A program made the position numbers and the translations under genes. This document shows positions 1-8,431 of a DNA stretch of 20,000 bases, in pieces. This stretch comes from an uncultured virus (IMG/VR IMGVR_UViG_3300032135_000002) (Duplodnaviria > Heunggongvirae > Uroviricota > Caudoviricetes), in the IMG/VR virus record IMGVR_UViG_3300032135_000002; one strand, 5' to 3'. Position 1 is the stretch's first letter; each line of letters begins with the position of its first letter. The notes under the pieces were generated by a model. That model made no database searches and was not told where the DNA came from. It saw only the letters and a list, made by a program, of their open reading frames with translations.

Positions 1-2
1 AC

Positions 3-260
3 ACCCAAACTGCTCGCCTGCCGTGGACAAATGTTTACGACGGCGTTGGCTTTATTGGCAACGCGTCCAGCATGGCGGAGTTCGCGATGAACGCCAACAA
101 GACGATTTATGGCGCTTTCATCGTGTCTAACGCCACCAAGGGCGGAACCGCGGGCATCTTGTTGTCGATAGCACGGTTCAGTACGGCTAAAATAACCGAG
201 CCCGGAACCGTCCTGCGCATCACGGCCGGCCTATCGCTCACCCCTACTAACCCGCTGTGA
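3..260 (+). CDS. 5'-truncated small virion/tail-associated protein
   Basis: The frame of ORF 72..260 is open back to nt 3 (TQTARLPWTNVYDGVGFIGNASSMAEF...KTIYGAFIVSNATKGGTAGILLSIARF), so the true start lies upstream of the window. The small-residue, beta-rich sequence resembles small phage tail proteins. Confidence 0.7.
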   Translation, partial: TQTARLPWTNVYDGVGFIGNASSMAEFAMNANKTIYGAFIVSNATKGGTAGILLSIARFSTAKITEPGTVLRITAGLSLTPTNPL

Positions 261-268
261 GGTAAGAC

Positions 269-667
269 ATGAACGTATCAGAGTTTTCGTCCGAGCAGCT
301 GGTTAAGCTGCTGTTCACAAGCGTCGCCCTCGGCACGCGCCCAACCGCTTGGTATGTGGCGCTGCACACCGGTGACCCTACGCTGGACGGCTCGGGCAAC
401 GAAGTGGGTGACGCCAACTACGCGCGCCAGTCCGCGACGTTTGCAGCTGACCAGCCGGTAGCCGACGGCCCGTGGCGAGTGCGTAACGCAGCAGACGTTG
501 TGTTCCCCGCCGCAGCCGCGGCGTTCACCGTGACCCACGTGTCCGTGTTCAGCGCCCTGACTGCGGGTAACGCCCTTGCTATCTTCCAGCTTCCGTTGTC
601 GCGGGCGGTGGGCACCAGCGGTGTGTTCTCCATCCCCATCAACGAGCTGGTAATCACAGGAGAGTAA
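269..667 (+). CDS. Small phage tail (fibre-associated) protein, Gp80-like family, 132 aa
   Basis: The pattern WYVALHTGDP...GNEV...YARQ...N...VVFP...VTH..VF.A.T.GN is one I recognise from a widespread family of small phage tail proteins. SD-like GAGG upstream of the ATG. Confidence 0.75.
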   Translation: MNVSEFSSEQLVKLLFTSVALGTRPTAWYVALHTGDPTLDGSGNEVGDANYARQSATFAADQPVADGPWRVRNAADVVFPAAAAAFTVTHVSVFSALTAGNALAIFQLPLSRAVGTSGVFSIPINELVITGE

Positions 668-668
668 T

Positions 669-1109
669 ATGTCCACAATAAGCACAGCGTTGCGTAACCA
701 CCTAATGACCGTCGGCTCGTTCAAGGCCGGAGTGGACGGCAGCGTCCTGAGAATTTACTCCGGCACCCCACCGGCTACCCCCGACGCCGCCGTGCCCGGC
801 GCAGCTGTGCTGTTGTGCTTAGTGTCTGTAAACAGCACAGGCACAGGCGTCACGTTTGAAGCCTCCGCGAACGCGGGGCTGCTACTGAAGTCCGCCGGGG
901 AAGTCTGGTCAGGGGTTAACGCGGCCACAGGTACGGCAGCGTGGTATCGGATCGGGACGTCTGCGGACGACGGCGCTGCCTCGACCGCGGCGATCCGCCT
1001 GCAGGGTACCGCGGGGCTTGCTGGAGCCGATCTGAACATGACCAATATCAACTTGGTCTCTGGCGCTACGCAGACAGCGGACTACTTCTCGGTGCTGATG
1101 CCAGCGTAA
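669..1109 (+). CDS. Small virion structural protein, 146 aa
   Basis: ISTALRN...LRIYSGTPPATPDAA...AATGTAAWYR...LQGTAG..GADLNM resembles a common small phage structural family. SD GGAG upstream; starts 1 nt after the previous stop. Confidence 0.7.
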   Translation: MSTISTALRNHLMTVGSFKAGVDGSVLRIYSGTPPATPDAAVPGAAVLLCLVSVNSTGTGVTFEASANAGLLLKSAGEVWSGVNAATGTAAWYRIGTSADDGAASTAAIRLQGTAGLAGADLNMTNINLVSGATQTADYFSVLMPA

Positions 1110-1119
1110 AGGGGCCGAC

Positions 1120-3177
1120 GTGACCAACAAGCTGATAAGGCCGGTTACCAAACAGTACATCCCGGGCGTCACGGCTATACCGCCGAGGCCCGCGCGGTGC
1201 TACACCCAGACGATAACCCGCACTACGTCGGGGAGCGTGGGTACGACCAGCACGTTTGTGTCCTACGAAGCCGGCGTGAACCAGTCCTTCGGGGGGTTCG
1301 CAACGCCGGTGTTCCGGCAGGTGCCGTCCTACATCGGTGACTTCGGGCAGCTTGTAACCCAAGAGCTTGTCGGCTGGAACATACTTCGGTTCGCTCCGGC
1401 TAACCCGATCTATACCACCACCGAGCAGACGATATGCACGCCGGCGGTGGCAGGGCGCGAAGGCGTAGCAGCGCAGACCATCGAGCAGAACGCTGGCCCT
1501 GACTGGCGGGCTTCGTCGCGGAGCGTTGAGCGCAAGACCGGCGACGTGACTGCTGCGTTCGACGTAAGCAACAGCCCTCGAATACTCATAGGGTTCTCCA
1601 CCCGCGACACCGGTGCCAATCAGAGCGACGTCCGTATGGGCGTGGCGTTCGTGACCGCAGGGCAGACTACTCAGATCATCCCGATAAACTCCGGGGTGCA
1701 GCAGGCGGCTGTCGGCACGTTCACCAACGGCGACCGTGTTGCGCTGTCCCGCGTGGGCGACAAGTTCTTCATCCAGTCTGGCAACGATCTGGTGTACTCC
1801 GCCACGGCGTCCACGCTGGAGCCGGTATACCTAGACGCCTTGCTGTACACCTCGAACGACTCCGTGGATAACCCAGAGTTCAGTACGCCCCTTGCCGTCT
1901 CGGTGTCAGGGCGCTTTGGTTTCACCGCTGGGCTGACCGCACGCACCGGCGTATCGGCGTCGATAGGTTTCGCCGGCGCTGTTGGCACACTGGTTGATGG
2001 CACCGTGCTGGTGTCCGTATCAGGCCAGATAGGCTTCACCGGCGTTGTGCTCACGGCCAATGGGCAGGAAGTATCGGCAGCTGGCCAAGTCGGCTTTACC
2101 GGCGCGCTGCGTACAGGCGTGGTGTTCCTCGATGGTTCCACTGGTGGCGACGAGACGTTTAACTCTGGGCTTACGACGTCGGCCATTACAATTGGCCCGC
2201 TGACCACCTTCGCTGCCGACAAGCCGTACACTGCTGGCGCTATCGTCCTCTCCTCCATTGCCGTGGAAGGTAGGACGGGCGAGGTTAGCCAGACCGTCGA
2301 CGGGGCGGACATTGTGCTCGCCCCACTGGTGAGCTACGCAACGATGCAGACGGGCGGACTTATTACTGCCCAGCTGGTTCTGCAGGGCCTGCGCTCGTTG
2401 GCCGCTGACCGCCCATACGCCGGCGCTACCATGACCCTGCCGGCGCTCCTTGTGTATGGCGACGACGGGTTCGGTGACCCTGACTACTACGGCCACAACG
2501 AGGGGCTGGAACTGTCCGCCCCTATGTACACAGACCCTAGCCTGTTCGCCAGTATCTACGAGACGCTGGAACTTGAGACTGAGATGTCTCTGACCGTGCT
2601 ATTGTCGGGTACGATCTTTGAGGGCTTGATCCTAGACCCGTCGCTGAGCGCTAAGGGCTTCCTGTACGCGATGATCGAGTCCGGTATCAACCTGTCCAGC
2701 GCTACACAGCTGCCGGATACGTCGGTGGCGCAGTACGCGTTTAACTCGATTTCCGGAGCAGCAACGCGGTACTCGGACTTCGGGTTCACACAGTTTGCCC
2801 GGGCTGGGCAGGAGACTTTCGCTATCAAGCCCGACGGCCTGTACCGGTTACGCGGGGGCGACGACAACGGCGAGCTGCGTTCTGCGCTCGTAGACTTTGG
2901 CGCAATGGCGATGGGCGTGCAGCAGAGCAAGCACCTAGAAACCCTGTTCTTGGGGCTGGGCACCGACGGCACCGTGTACGCCAAGCTCACCGGTGACGGC
3001 GGGGAAGAGCTCATCTACCGCGCAGTTGAGCGGGAGTCTACAATGAGAGTCTCGCCCGGGCGCGGGGCATCTGCCCGAGAGTGGCGCTTGAAGCTTGAAA
3101 TCTTCGATGCTGAGAAAGCCAGTCTGGACAGCATAGACTTTTACGTAGCGGTGTCCTCGCGACGGCGCACGCGGTAA
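1120..3177 (+). CDS. Putative tail protein with internal repeats, 685 aa
   Basis: Long ORF with a GTG start after AAGGGG. Thr/Gly/Val-rich beta character and internal repeats (see findings). The C-terminal segment YAFNSISGAATRYSDFGF...DGLYRLRGGDDNG...DFG resembles phage tail proteins. Confidence 0.65.
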   Translation: MTNKLIRPVTKQYIPGVTAIPPRPARCYTQTITRTTSGSVGTTSTFVSYEAGVNQSFGGFATPVFRQVPSYIGDFGQLVTQELVGWNILRFAPANPIYTTTEQTICTPAVAGREGVAAQTIEQNAGPDWRASSRSVERKTGDVTAAFDVSNSPRILIGFSTRDTGANQSDVRMGVAFVTAGQTTQIIPINSGVQQAAVGTFTNGDRVALSRVGDKFFIQSGNDLVYSATASTLEPVYLDALLYTSNDSVDNPEFSTPLAVSVSGRFGFTAGLTARTGVSASIGFAGAVGTLVDGTVLVSVSGQIGFTGVVLTANGQEVSAAGQVGFTGALRTGVVFLDGSTGGDETFNSGLTTSAITIGPLTTFAADKPYTAGAIVLSSIAVEGRTGEVSQTVDGADIVLAPLVSYATMQTGGLITAQLVLQGLRSLAADRPYAGATMTLPALLVYGDDGFGDPDYYGHNEGLELSAPMYTDPSLFASIYETLELETEMSLTVLLSGTIFEGLILDPSLSAKGFLYAMIESGINLSSATQLPDTSVAQYAFNSISGAATRYSDFGFTQFARAGQETFAIKPDGLYRLRGGDDNGELRSALVDFGAMAMGVQQSKHLETLFLGLGTDGTVYAKLTGDGGEELIYRAVERESTMRVSPGRGASAREWRLKLEIFDAEKASLDSIDFYVAVSSRRRTR

Positions 3178-3193
3178 TTATCAGAGGTGACCT

Positions 3194-4150
3194 ATGGCTA
3201 CTGAGTTAAACAACAGGCTCGACAATACTACTGACTTCCTGCAGGAGCATGCACGCGATGCTATGATCCTTGCAAGGCAGTCTGAGGGGCGAATTCAAGC
3301 TAACGGAGTCGTCGACCTTAAAAACCCGCGGTTAAATATAGACCTAAACAAGCCGAACATCGAGGCTCCGCCAAAGTTCTCGGACTTGTTCCCTGACGCT
3401 GACGGCACTTCGGAAGAGGTGGCGCGGCTGAACGGTGAAGTGGACAAGTGGCTGGCGGATTATTTCCCGTCCATCAACGACTGTTTCAAGAACGTGCCTG
3501 ACGAGTGGTTGTGCAATATTATTTCAGGCACCGAGGCCTTCGGTCTGCACGAATCTGTGTTCGAGGCTATCTGGCACAACTCCCGTGACCGTGAAGAGCG
3601 GCAGTACCGCAGTGAAGAAGCCTCACTGCGTGCAGACTTCTCTGCGCGAGGGTTCTCTCTCCCGCCGGGGGCGATGGCAGTGGCTATGGACAAAGCCCGC
3701 CAGAGAGCGTCTGAGGCCGTGCAGGAGGTCAACCGCACAGAGTCTATCCGTAACGAGGAAGTGAAACTCCAGCTCCTACAGTTCGCTGTTCAAGAAGCTG
3801 GGCGGTACAAGCTGGCCATTATGTCCTCGCTTGCCGAGTTTTATCGTATCTGGACGACTATCCCAGACAAGGATATCGAGCGGGCCCGCGTGCGTGCGCA
3901 AGCGTACAGCTCTCTGTACTCAGCACTGAGCGCGTACTATAACGTCGAGATCTCGTTCGAGGAGCTGCGGCTGCGGGCTGCGTCCGGTGACGTAGACGCC
4001 CAGTTGGCATCGGACAGCAACAAGATCGCACTGAACAACAACACCGGCGTGGCCACGGCAATAGGCAACGCTGTGCGAGGCTTCTCTGACATATCCGCCA
4101 GCTCTGCGAACGCAGCCGGTTCGCTGATAGCTCAGATCGAGTCTGTATGA
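3194..4150 (+). CDS. Putative virion structural protein, largely helical, 318 aa
   Basis: SD GAGGT upstream. Helical/coiled-coil character around FSARGFSLPPGAM. Its stop overlaps the next start (ATGA). Function is inferred from context only. Confidence 0.6.
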   Translation: MATELNNRLDNTTDFLQEHARDAMILARQSEGRIQANGVVDLKNPRLNIDLNKPNIEAPPKFSDLFPDADGTSEEVARLNGEVDKWLADYFPSINDCFKNVPDEWLCNIISGTEAFGLHESVFEAIWHNSRDREERQYRSEEASLRADFSARGFSLPPGAMAVAMDKARQRASEAVQEVNRTESIRNEEVKLQLLQFAVQEAGRYKLAIMSSLAEFYRIWTTIPDKDIERARVRAQAYSSLYSALSAYYNVEISFEELRLRAASGDVDAQLASDSNKIALNNNTGVATAIGNAVRGFSDISASSANAAGSLIAQIESV

Positions 4151-5940
4151 GTGGGATAGTCCGCCGGCGGACCAACACGGCTACCGGAGCGCACTGGCTA
4201 CGGCGGACTATGAACACCGCTGCTCGACTGGGAAAAAACAACAGTCGGGCTGAGATCCAAGATGGTTATATTCTTCGGGCTAATCACGCAGGTACGCAGC
4301 GCTCAGCTACTTTATTGGACATGCCGCCCCACGTTCGCGTGGTAGGTAGCCTCAACATAGCCGGGCGGGCTCTCGGGTCTCCGCGCTTGAAAGTAGGTGG
4401 CAACCGGGACGCGTTCCACCCGGGTACCGGCGCTGACCCGATCCCGCTCACGGTGGAAGACCTCGACGAAGCGAAGTTCCCCACCAGCTGGAGCACCATA
4501 AACTTGGCCGTCGCCCCCACTGCGTTTGGGGTTTGGGAGGGAGCTGCGCTGCCCGAGGTCAAGGGTGTGACCAAGCTGTGGTCCGGCGGGGCCGCGGACT
4601 CTCTAGACAGGGACGTGGAGGTATACCCACTAAGCGCTTCCCGGGCGCTTTACACACGGGTGGAATTTCTGAAGCGGGGCGACACTGGTACTGCCATCAA
4701 CACGACTGAAGCGTTCGTCACGCCTATCACCGGCGGTTACCTCATGTCCCCACGCGACATAGTGGACAGCGCGTTCCAGCTGGCATACCCGACGGTAACC
4801 CCCCACGCTGCCACAGACTACGATCCGGTAGCCGGTACTATAGTGATCGCCACGCCGGTTACGAAGCCGCTAGCAAAAATTGCAGATGACACCGGGCAAG
4901 ACTACGGCAAGGTCGCTATGTTCTTTACGCGCTCTGTCGACGTCAGCACCGCGGAATCCTTCACCTCCTTGTACCTGTTCCAGTTCCCCAGCCTAGCCGC
5001 GTTTCAGCAGACGCTGTGGCGGAGCGCGGAAGAGCGGGGGTACACCCCGACGGTGGTGCATAGTCAGGCTATCCTACACCCCGATGGCTCGACTACGATC
5101 TACGGGAGGTTCTACGGTTTTGTGTACGGCACCGCTGCGACCACGCAGTCAGGGTTTGAGCAAATGCTGACGCGCTTCCGACTAAGCATAACCCCCGAGG
5201 GGCTAGACTCATGGTCGGTGCTAAGTTGCGACGTAACAGGCACCGATGCGTCTTTGGCTTCGCGTAGAGTGGGCTCTGTTGCAGGGCAGTTCCGGTGGGT
5301 GGAGCCGCCAACAGTGTTCTACGGCGCTGGTAGCCCTTGGGCTTTTTGGGCGCAGTACGACATCTCGTCATCGGGTTTATCGTACACCCCGTTCGGAGAA
5401 GGCGACGGCGGCGCGACTGTAGGTGGCTTTGTCATCTCCATAAACAAGGGCGCCACAGAAGTAGCCCGCGGCGTGCCGCCTAACATAACCATGTTCCGTT
5501 TTACTGGCGCCCCAACGAGGCTGCTGGATGGAGCGGCTACTACACCTCGGCGCTTTCCATACGTCGCCTGCCACGTCGACACCCCTGAAGTGTTCGGGCT
5601 TAGCTTCTTTGGGTGGGATAGAACCACAGAGGAATTGAAGCTGTGCAAGTGGGACACCGTCGACGGCTTCGGCATCTGGGAGATAGACCTGACCCAGATG
5701 AACCTCCGACGCTCAGACCGGCTACCCAGTATAAGTGTCTACCAACGCTGCTCCGTAGTTGACGGGCTAGTGGTGGGCCTGCCCAGCTTTGTGGCAAACT
5801 CAGAGTACGACGGGGGGTTCGTGGAGGGCCATATTATAGCCAAGGGCGTAGCCAAGTCTATGGGCGTGGTTGGCGGTTTGAGCGTATCAGCACTGGGGAA
5901 TCCACTGCAAAGCAGTTTGCTTAACAACTTATATAGGTAG
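4147..5940 (+). CDS. Putative tail or receptor-binding protein, 597 aa
   Basis: ATGA coupling to the upstream gene. A basic N-terminal ~60 aa is followed by a beta-rich aromatic body. No catalytic motif recognised. Confidence 0.5.
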   Translation: MSGIVRRRTNTATGAHWLRRTMNTAARLGKNNSRAEIQDGYILRANHAGTQRSATLLDMPPHVRVVGSLNIAGRALGSPRLKVGGNRDAFHPGTGADPIPLTVEDLDEAKFPTSWSTINLAVAPTAFGVWEGAALPEVKGVTKLWSGGAADSLDRDVEVYPLSASRALYTRVEFLKRGDTGTAINTTEAFVTPITGGYLMSPRDIVDSAFQLAYPTVTPHAATDYDPVAGTIVIATPVTKPLAKIADDTGQDYGKVAMFFTRSVDVSTAESFTSLYLFQFPSLAAFQQTLWRSAEERGYTPTVVHSQAILHPDGSTTIYGRFYGFVYGTAATTQSGFEQMLTRFRLSITPEGLDSWSVLSCDVTGTDASLASRRVGSVAGQFRWVEPPTVFYGAGSPWAFWAQYDISSSGLSYTPFGEGDGGATVGGFVISINKGATEVARGVPPNITMFRFTGAPTRLLDGAATTPRRFPYVACHVDTPEVFGLSFFGWDRTTEELKLCKWDTVDGFGIWEIDLTQMNLRRSDRLPSISVYQRCSVVDGLVVGLPSFVANSEYDGGFVEGHIIAKGVAKSMGVVGGLSVSALGNPLQSSLLNNLYR

Positions 5941-5949
5941 GAGAGCTAC

Positions 5950-7563
5950 ATGCTTATTCTAGGAGAAGAAGCCTCGGCACCAGATGTGTGGCGGCTAGTA
6001 TATTACGACCCTGTGACGGAGACGGTGCCAGAAAACGGAGTGGTCGACCTGACTGCTTTGGTAGCCACCGTTGGGGTGGACATCTATAGATTTTCTTACC
6101 CAGTTGCGACAAGCGAGTACGTGTTCGTTTACGGCGCCGAGAACTTTGGTGGGGATTCGGGAGTAGTTTTGTCTGCAGATGGATTCTCCGTAGTCCACAA
6201 CGCGGATTATGTTCTAGCTGCCTTTACAACCGCCCCTCCGGGCAACCACAGAACAATAGTTGTGGCTGACGGTAAACTGGTTTTTATTAGCGCGGGCACC
6301 ATAACAGTGTTTTCTCTGCCAGACCTTAATCTGGTGCAGACGTTTGACATGTCTTCTATAGACGGCGCCCTCCCCGATGGTGTATCTGGAGTAAACGCAG
6401 CGGGGGGCAAAGTCTTATACAGCATACCGGGCTCGAAGCGGACTGTTCTGTACGACGTGCCTACAAACACAGTGTCGACTTTTGCCTACACGGCTATTCA
6501 AAGTAGGACTGTGGCGTCATTTATTAACGTGGCGGGTATAGAACGCGTTGGTGTGTTCGCGACACAGCTCAGTGAGCCTATAGCGGTGCGCTCGGCTAGC
6601 GATCTAACGAGCGTCGGAGCCACCGGCACGCCTAACGCCAATGCCCAAAGTATGATGTTCCAGAGAACCGCGGGTTTTCTTGGCAGCCCAGACGGCAGTA
6701 ACGAAGTCATTGTGGGTGCGTATGGCGGAAGAGGGGCGGGTGGCTCTACAACTGGAAACTACGACCTAGACTATTACCCAGATGTGTTTACTACAAGCAC
6801 AAACTACCGTGTAAATGACACTGCCGGGACCGACTTGTTCCCCTACAGTGTGCACCTTCACCGAGCTACCGGGAAACTCATATCGGTAGAAAACGCTGAG
6901 TCCGAGCTGAACATATCTGCTACCGATCTGGTCGGCCAAACCATGCAGGTACGCCCCCCGGCGGTCGCAGTTACAGGACTTACTAACCGCGTCTCGGACT
7001 TCTTTATGAGTTCGTATGATGCGTTTGTTCTGACGTCTACTCAACAAACGTACTGGCTCGACGTAACAGACCCGGAGAACTGGGACACCGTGGCTTCCTC
7101 CCCCTACTTTCAATGGGATGGTAGCGTGTGGGTGTTCGGGGATGAGGGAGGAACCCCCGAGGGCGCAGAACTTCGAACTGCTGCCCCGCTGGTAGGGCTC
7201 GTACCGCTCAGACTACGGTTGACGCTGGGCCCAAAGATAAGCCAGTTCGGGACCAGCGACTACGTTAAGCTCTATGCTGAGGGGGGGGTATCCAGCAACC
7301 GTGCTACGTTCTTTGGGCGGGGGTGGCTGCCGTACGACGAGGCCGCGCTGGAACACGTTTTCACCTCGGACGAGTTCGTCTATCCCGCCTACGTCGAGAG
7401 CCTTGAAGCTGGGACTGGGCTGTTTATGTCCAACAACTCGTACGAGCTTGTTGAGCTCCGAAAGATTGAGGTACTGGTCACGGGGGCACCCATACCAGAC
7501 GAGTTCTGGACAGCGTTCAACCAGACCCAAGAAATTTTAGTCCCCCTGTCTGATGTCGAGTAA
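5950..7563 (+). CDS. Putative receptor-binding/tail appendage protein (beta-propeller-like N-terminal part plus C-terminal beta domain), 537 aa
   Basis: SD AGGAG upstream. Repeating short strand-turn units (e.g. ITVFSLPDLNLVQTFD, TVLYDVPTNTVSTF) are typical of propellers. More A/T-ending codons than the upstream genes. Confidence 0.55.
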   Translation: MLILGEEASAPDVWRLVYYDPVTETVPENGVVDLTALVATVGVDIYRFSYPVATSEYVFVYGAENFGGDSGVVLSADGFSVVHNADYVLAAFTTAPPGNHRTIVVADGKLVFISAGTITVFSLPDLNLVQTFDMSSIDGALPDGVSGVNAAGGKVLYSIPGSKRTVLYDVPTNTVSTFAYTAIQSRTVASFINVAGIERVGVFATQLSEPIAVRSASDLTSVGATGTPNANAQSMMFQRTAGFLGSPDGSNEVIVGAYGGRGAGGSTTGNYDLDYYPDVFTTSTNYRVNDTAGTDLFPYSVHLHRATGKLISVENAESELNISATDLVGQTMQVRPPAVAVTGLTNRVSDFFMSSYDAFVLTSTQQTYWLDVTDPENWDTVASSPYFQWDGSVWVFGDEGGTPEGAELRTAAPLVGLVPLRLRLTLGPKISQFGTSDYVKLYAEGGVSSNRATFFGRGWLPYDEAALEHVFTSDEFVYPAYVESLEAGTGLFMSNNSYELVELRKIEVLVTGAPIPDEFWTAFNQTQEILVPLSDVE

Positions 7564-8173
7564 GGTCGACGTCCACATAGGGCTAAGCGGGGCGGAGCCA
7601 CAAGCGTGGCTCGACCGCTGCTTGCGGTCGCTTGAAGGTCAGCCAGTGAACATACGCTTCGTAGATGCGGTACCGGGTGACGTGGGTTCTATGCGTGCTA
7701 ATGGTTACGCGCTAGGCACGTCAGGGCTTGTGAGCTATGTGGACCCTGACGACTGGGTAGAGCCATGGACATACGCGTGGGCGGTGGAACAGATGCGAGC
7801 CCCCGAAGTGTCTGCGTGCTATGTGAACCACGGGCTGTACGAAGAGTGCGGGGCCGTTAGAACACGGCTATGGTTTGACCAGCTCGCTCCAGACGTGGGG
7901 TTTGCCAAGTGTAAGCAGATGCACCACGGCGTCGTGCACCGGCGCGAAGTTATTGGAGGGGTATTGCCTCTGCTTAGGGGAGTAACCCTGCGCGAGTGGC
8001 AGTACGCTAACCTGCAAGCACTAAAGGCCGGCAAGGTAGTTGGTACATTGCGCGAGGGGTACGGCTGGAGGGTAACGCCGGGCGGAGCACATAAGGTAAG
8101 ACCTATCCTGCCTCCGCCCACTGCCAGCGAACGGTGGAAGGCGGAAATGCAGAGGATACTGTTAGCAAGCTAA
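7553..8173 (+). CDS. GT-A fold (family 2-like) glycosyltransferase, 206 aa
   Basis: Contains WLDRCLRSLEGQ (GT2 'L..CL.SL..Q' helix), GSMRANG (cf. 'G.ARN.G') and VSYVDPDDWVEP (DxDD metal/NDP-sugar motif). Overlaps the upstream gene by 11 nt. Confidence 0.8.
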   Translation: MSSKVDVHIGLSGAEPQAWLDRCLRSLEGQPVNIRFVDAVPGDVGSMRANGYALGTSGLVSYVDPDDWVEPWTYAWAVEQMRAPEVSACYVNHGLYEECGAVRTRLWFDQLAPDVGFAKCKQMHHGVVHRREVIGGVLPLLRGVTLREWQYANLQALKAGKVVGTLREGYGWRVTPGGAHKVRPILPPPTASERWKAEMQRILLAS

Positions 8174-8420
8174 GTTCCTAGCAACCCTAGCAAAGTTTTA
8201 GGGAAACTCTTTATAAAAGAGAAAACTCATTGTCTTATAAAACAAATTAAAAAATAAAAATAAAAAGTTTTTTATAGTATATAAGTACTAGGGTTACTAG
8301 AGAGCTGTTTGTTAAGGGTTTTTTCCTAGCAATCCTAGCAACCCTAGCAAACCGCATAGTGAATTTTTCCGACGTATCAACCGTTTGCATATCAGGGTAA
8401 AATGTTTTAGCGAATTTATT
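8174..8420. other. Candidate origin of replication (or other protein-binding DNA-unwinding element)
   Basis: The only long non-coding gap in the window. 8221-8280 has 8 G/C in 60 nt by hand count and is bracketed by direct and inverted short repeats. The architecture resembles P4/SaPI-type iteron origins. Confidence 0.55.
8176..8351. repeat. Iteron-like CCTAGCAA repeats flanking an AT-rich core
   Basis: CCTAGCAA occurs at 8177, 8186, 8325, 8334 and 8343 (9-bp period within each cluster). Two degenerate inverted copies lie at 8286-8301 (TACTAGGGTTACTAGA). A perfect 19-bp direct repeat TCCTAGCAACCCTAGCAAA lies at 8176-8194 and 8333-8351. Confidence 0.95.
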
Positions 8421-8426
8421 GGAGGT
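8421..8426 (+). promoter_or_regulatory. Shine-Dalgarno GGAGGT for the 8432 GTG start
   Basis: Consensus SD 5 nt upstream of the GTG at 8432. Confidence 0.75.
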
Positions 8427-8431
8427 GGCTT

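Noticed and set aside
4230..4236. G GGA AAA slippery heptamer (tail-chaperone-type -1 frameshift)
   Set aside because: The -1 frame reaches TGA within about five codons, and the context is not a tail assembly chaperone/tape measure locus.
4147..7563. Diversity-generating retroelement target or invertible tail-fibre cassette
   Set aside because: No template/variable repeat pair, reverse transcriptase, invertase or inverted crossover sites were seen in the window.
8176..8351. CRISPR array or transposon ends
   Set aside because: The repeat units are 8-9 bp and tandem with no regular unique spacers. No cas or transposase gene is present.
8230..8415. Sigma70 promoter for the 8432 gene
   Set aside because: Several -10-like hexamers occur (TATAGT 8273, TAAAAT 8398), but none has a properly spaced -35. 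They are expected by chance in AT-rich DNA. A promoter is plausible but cannot be located.
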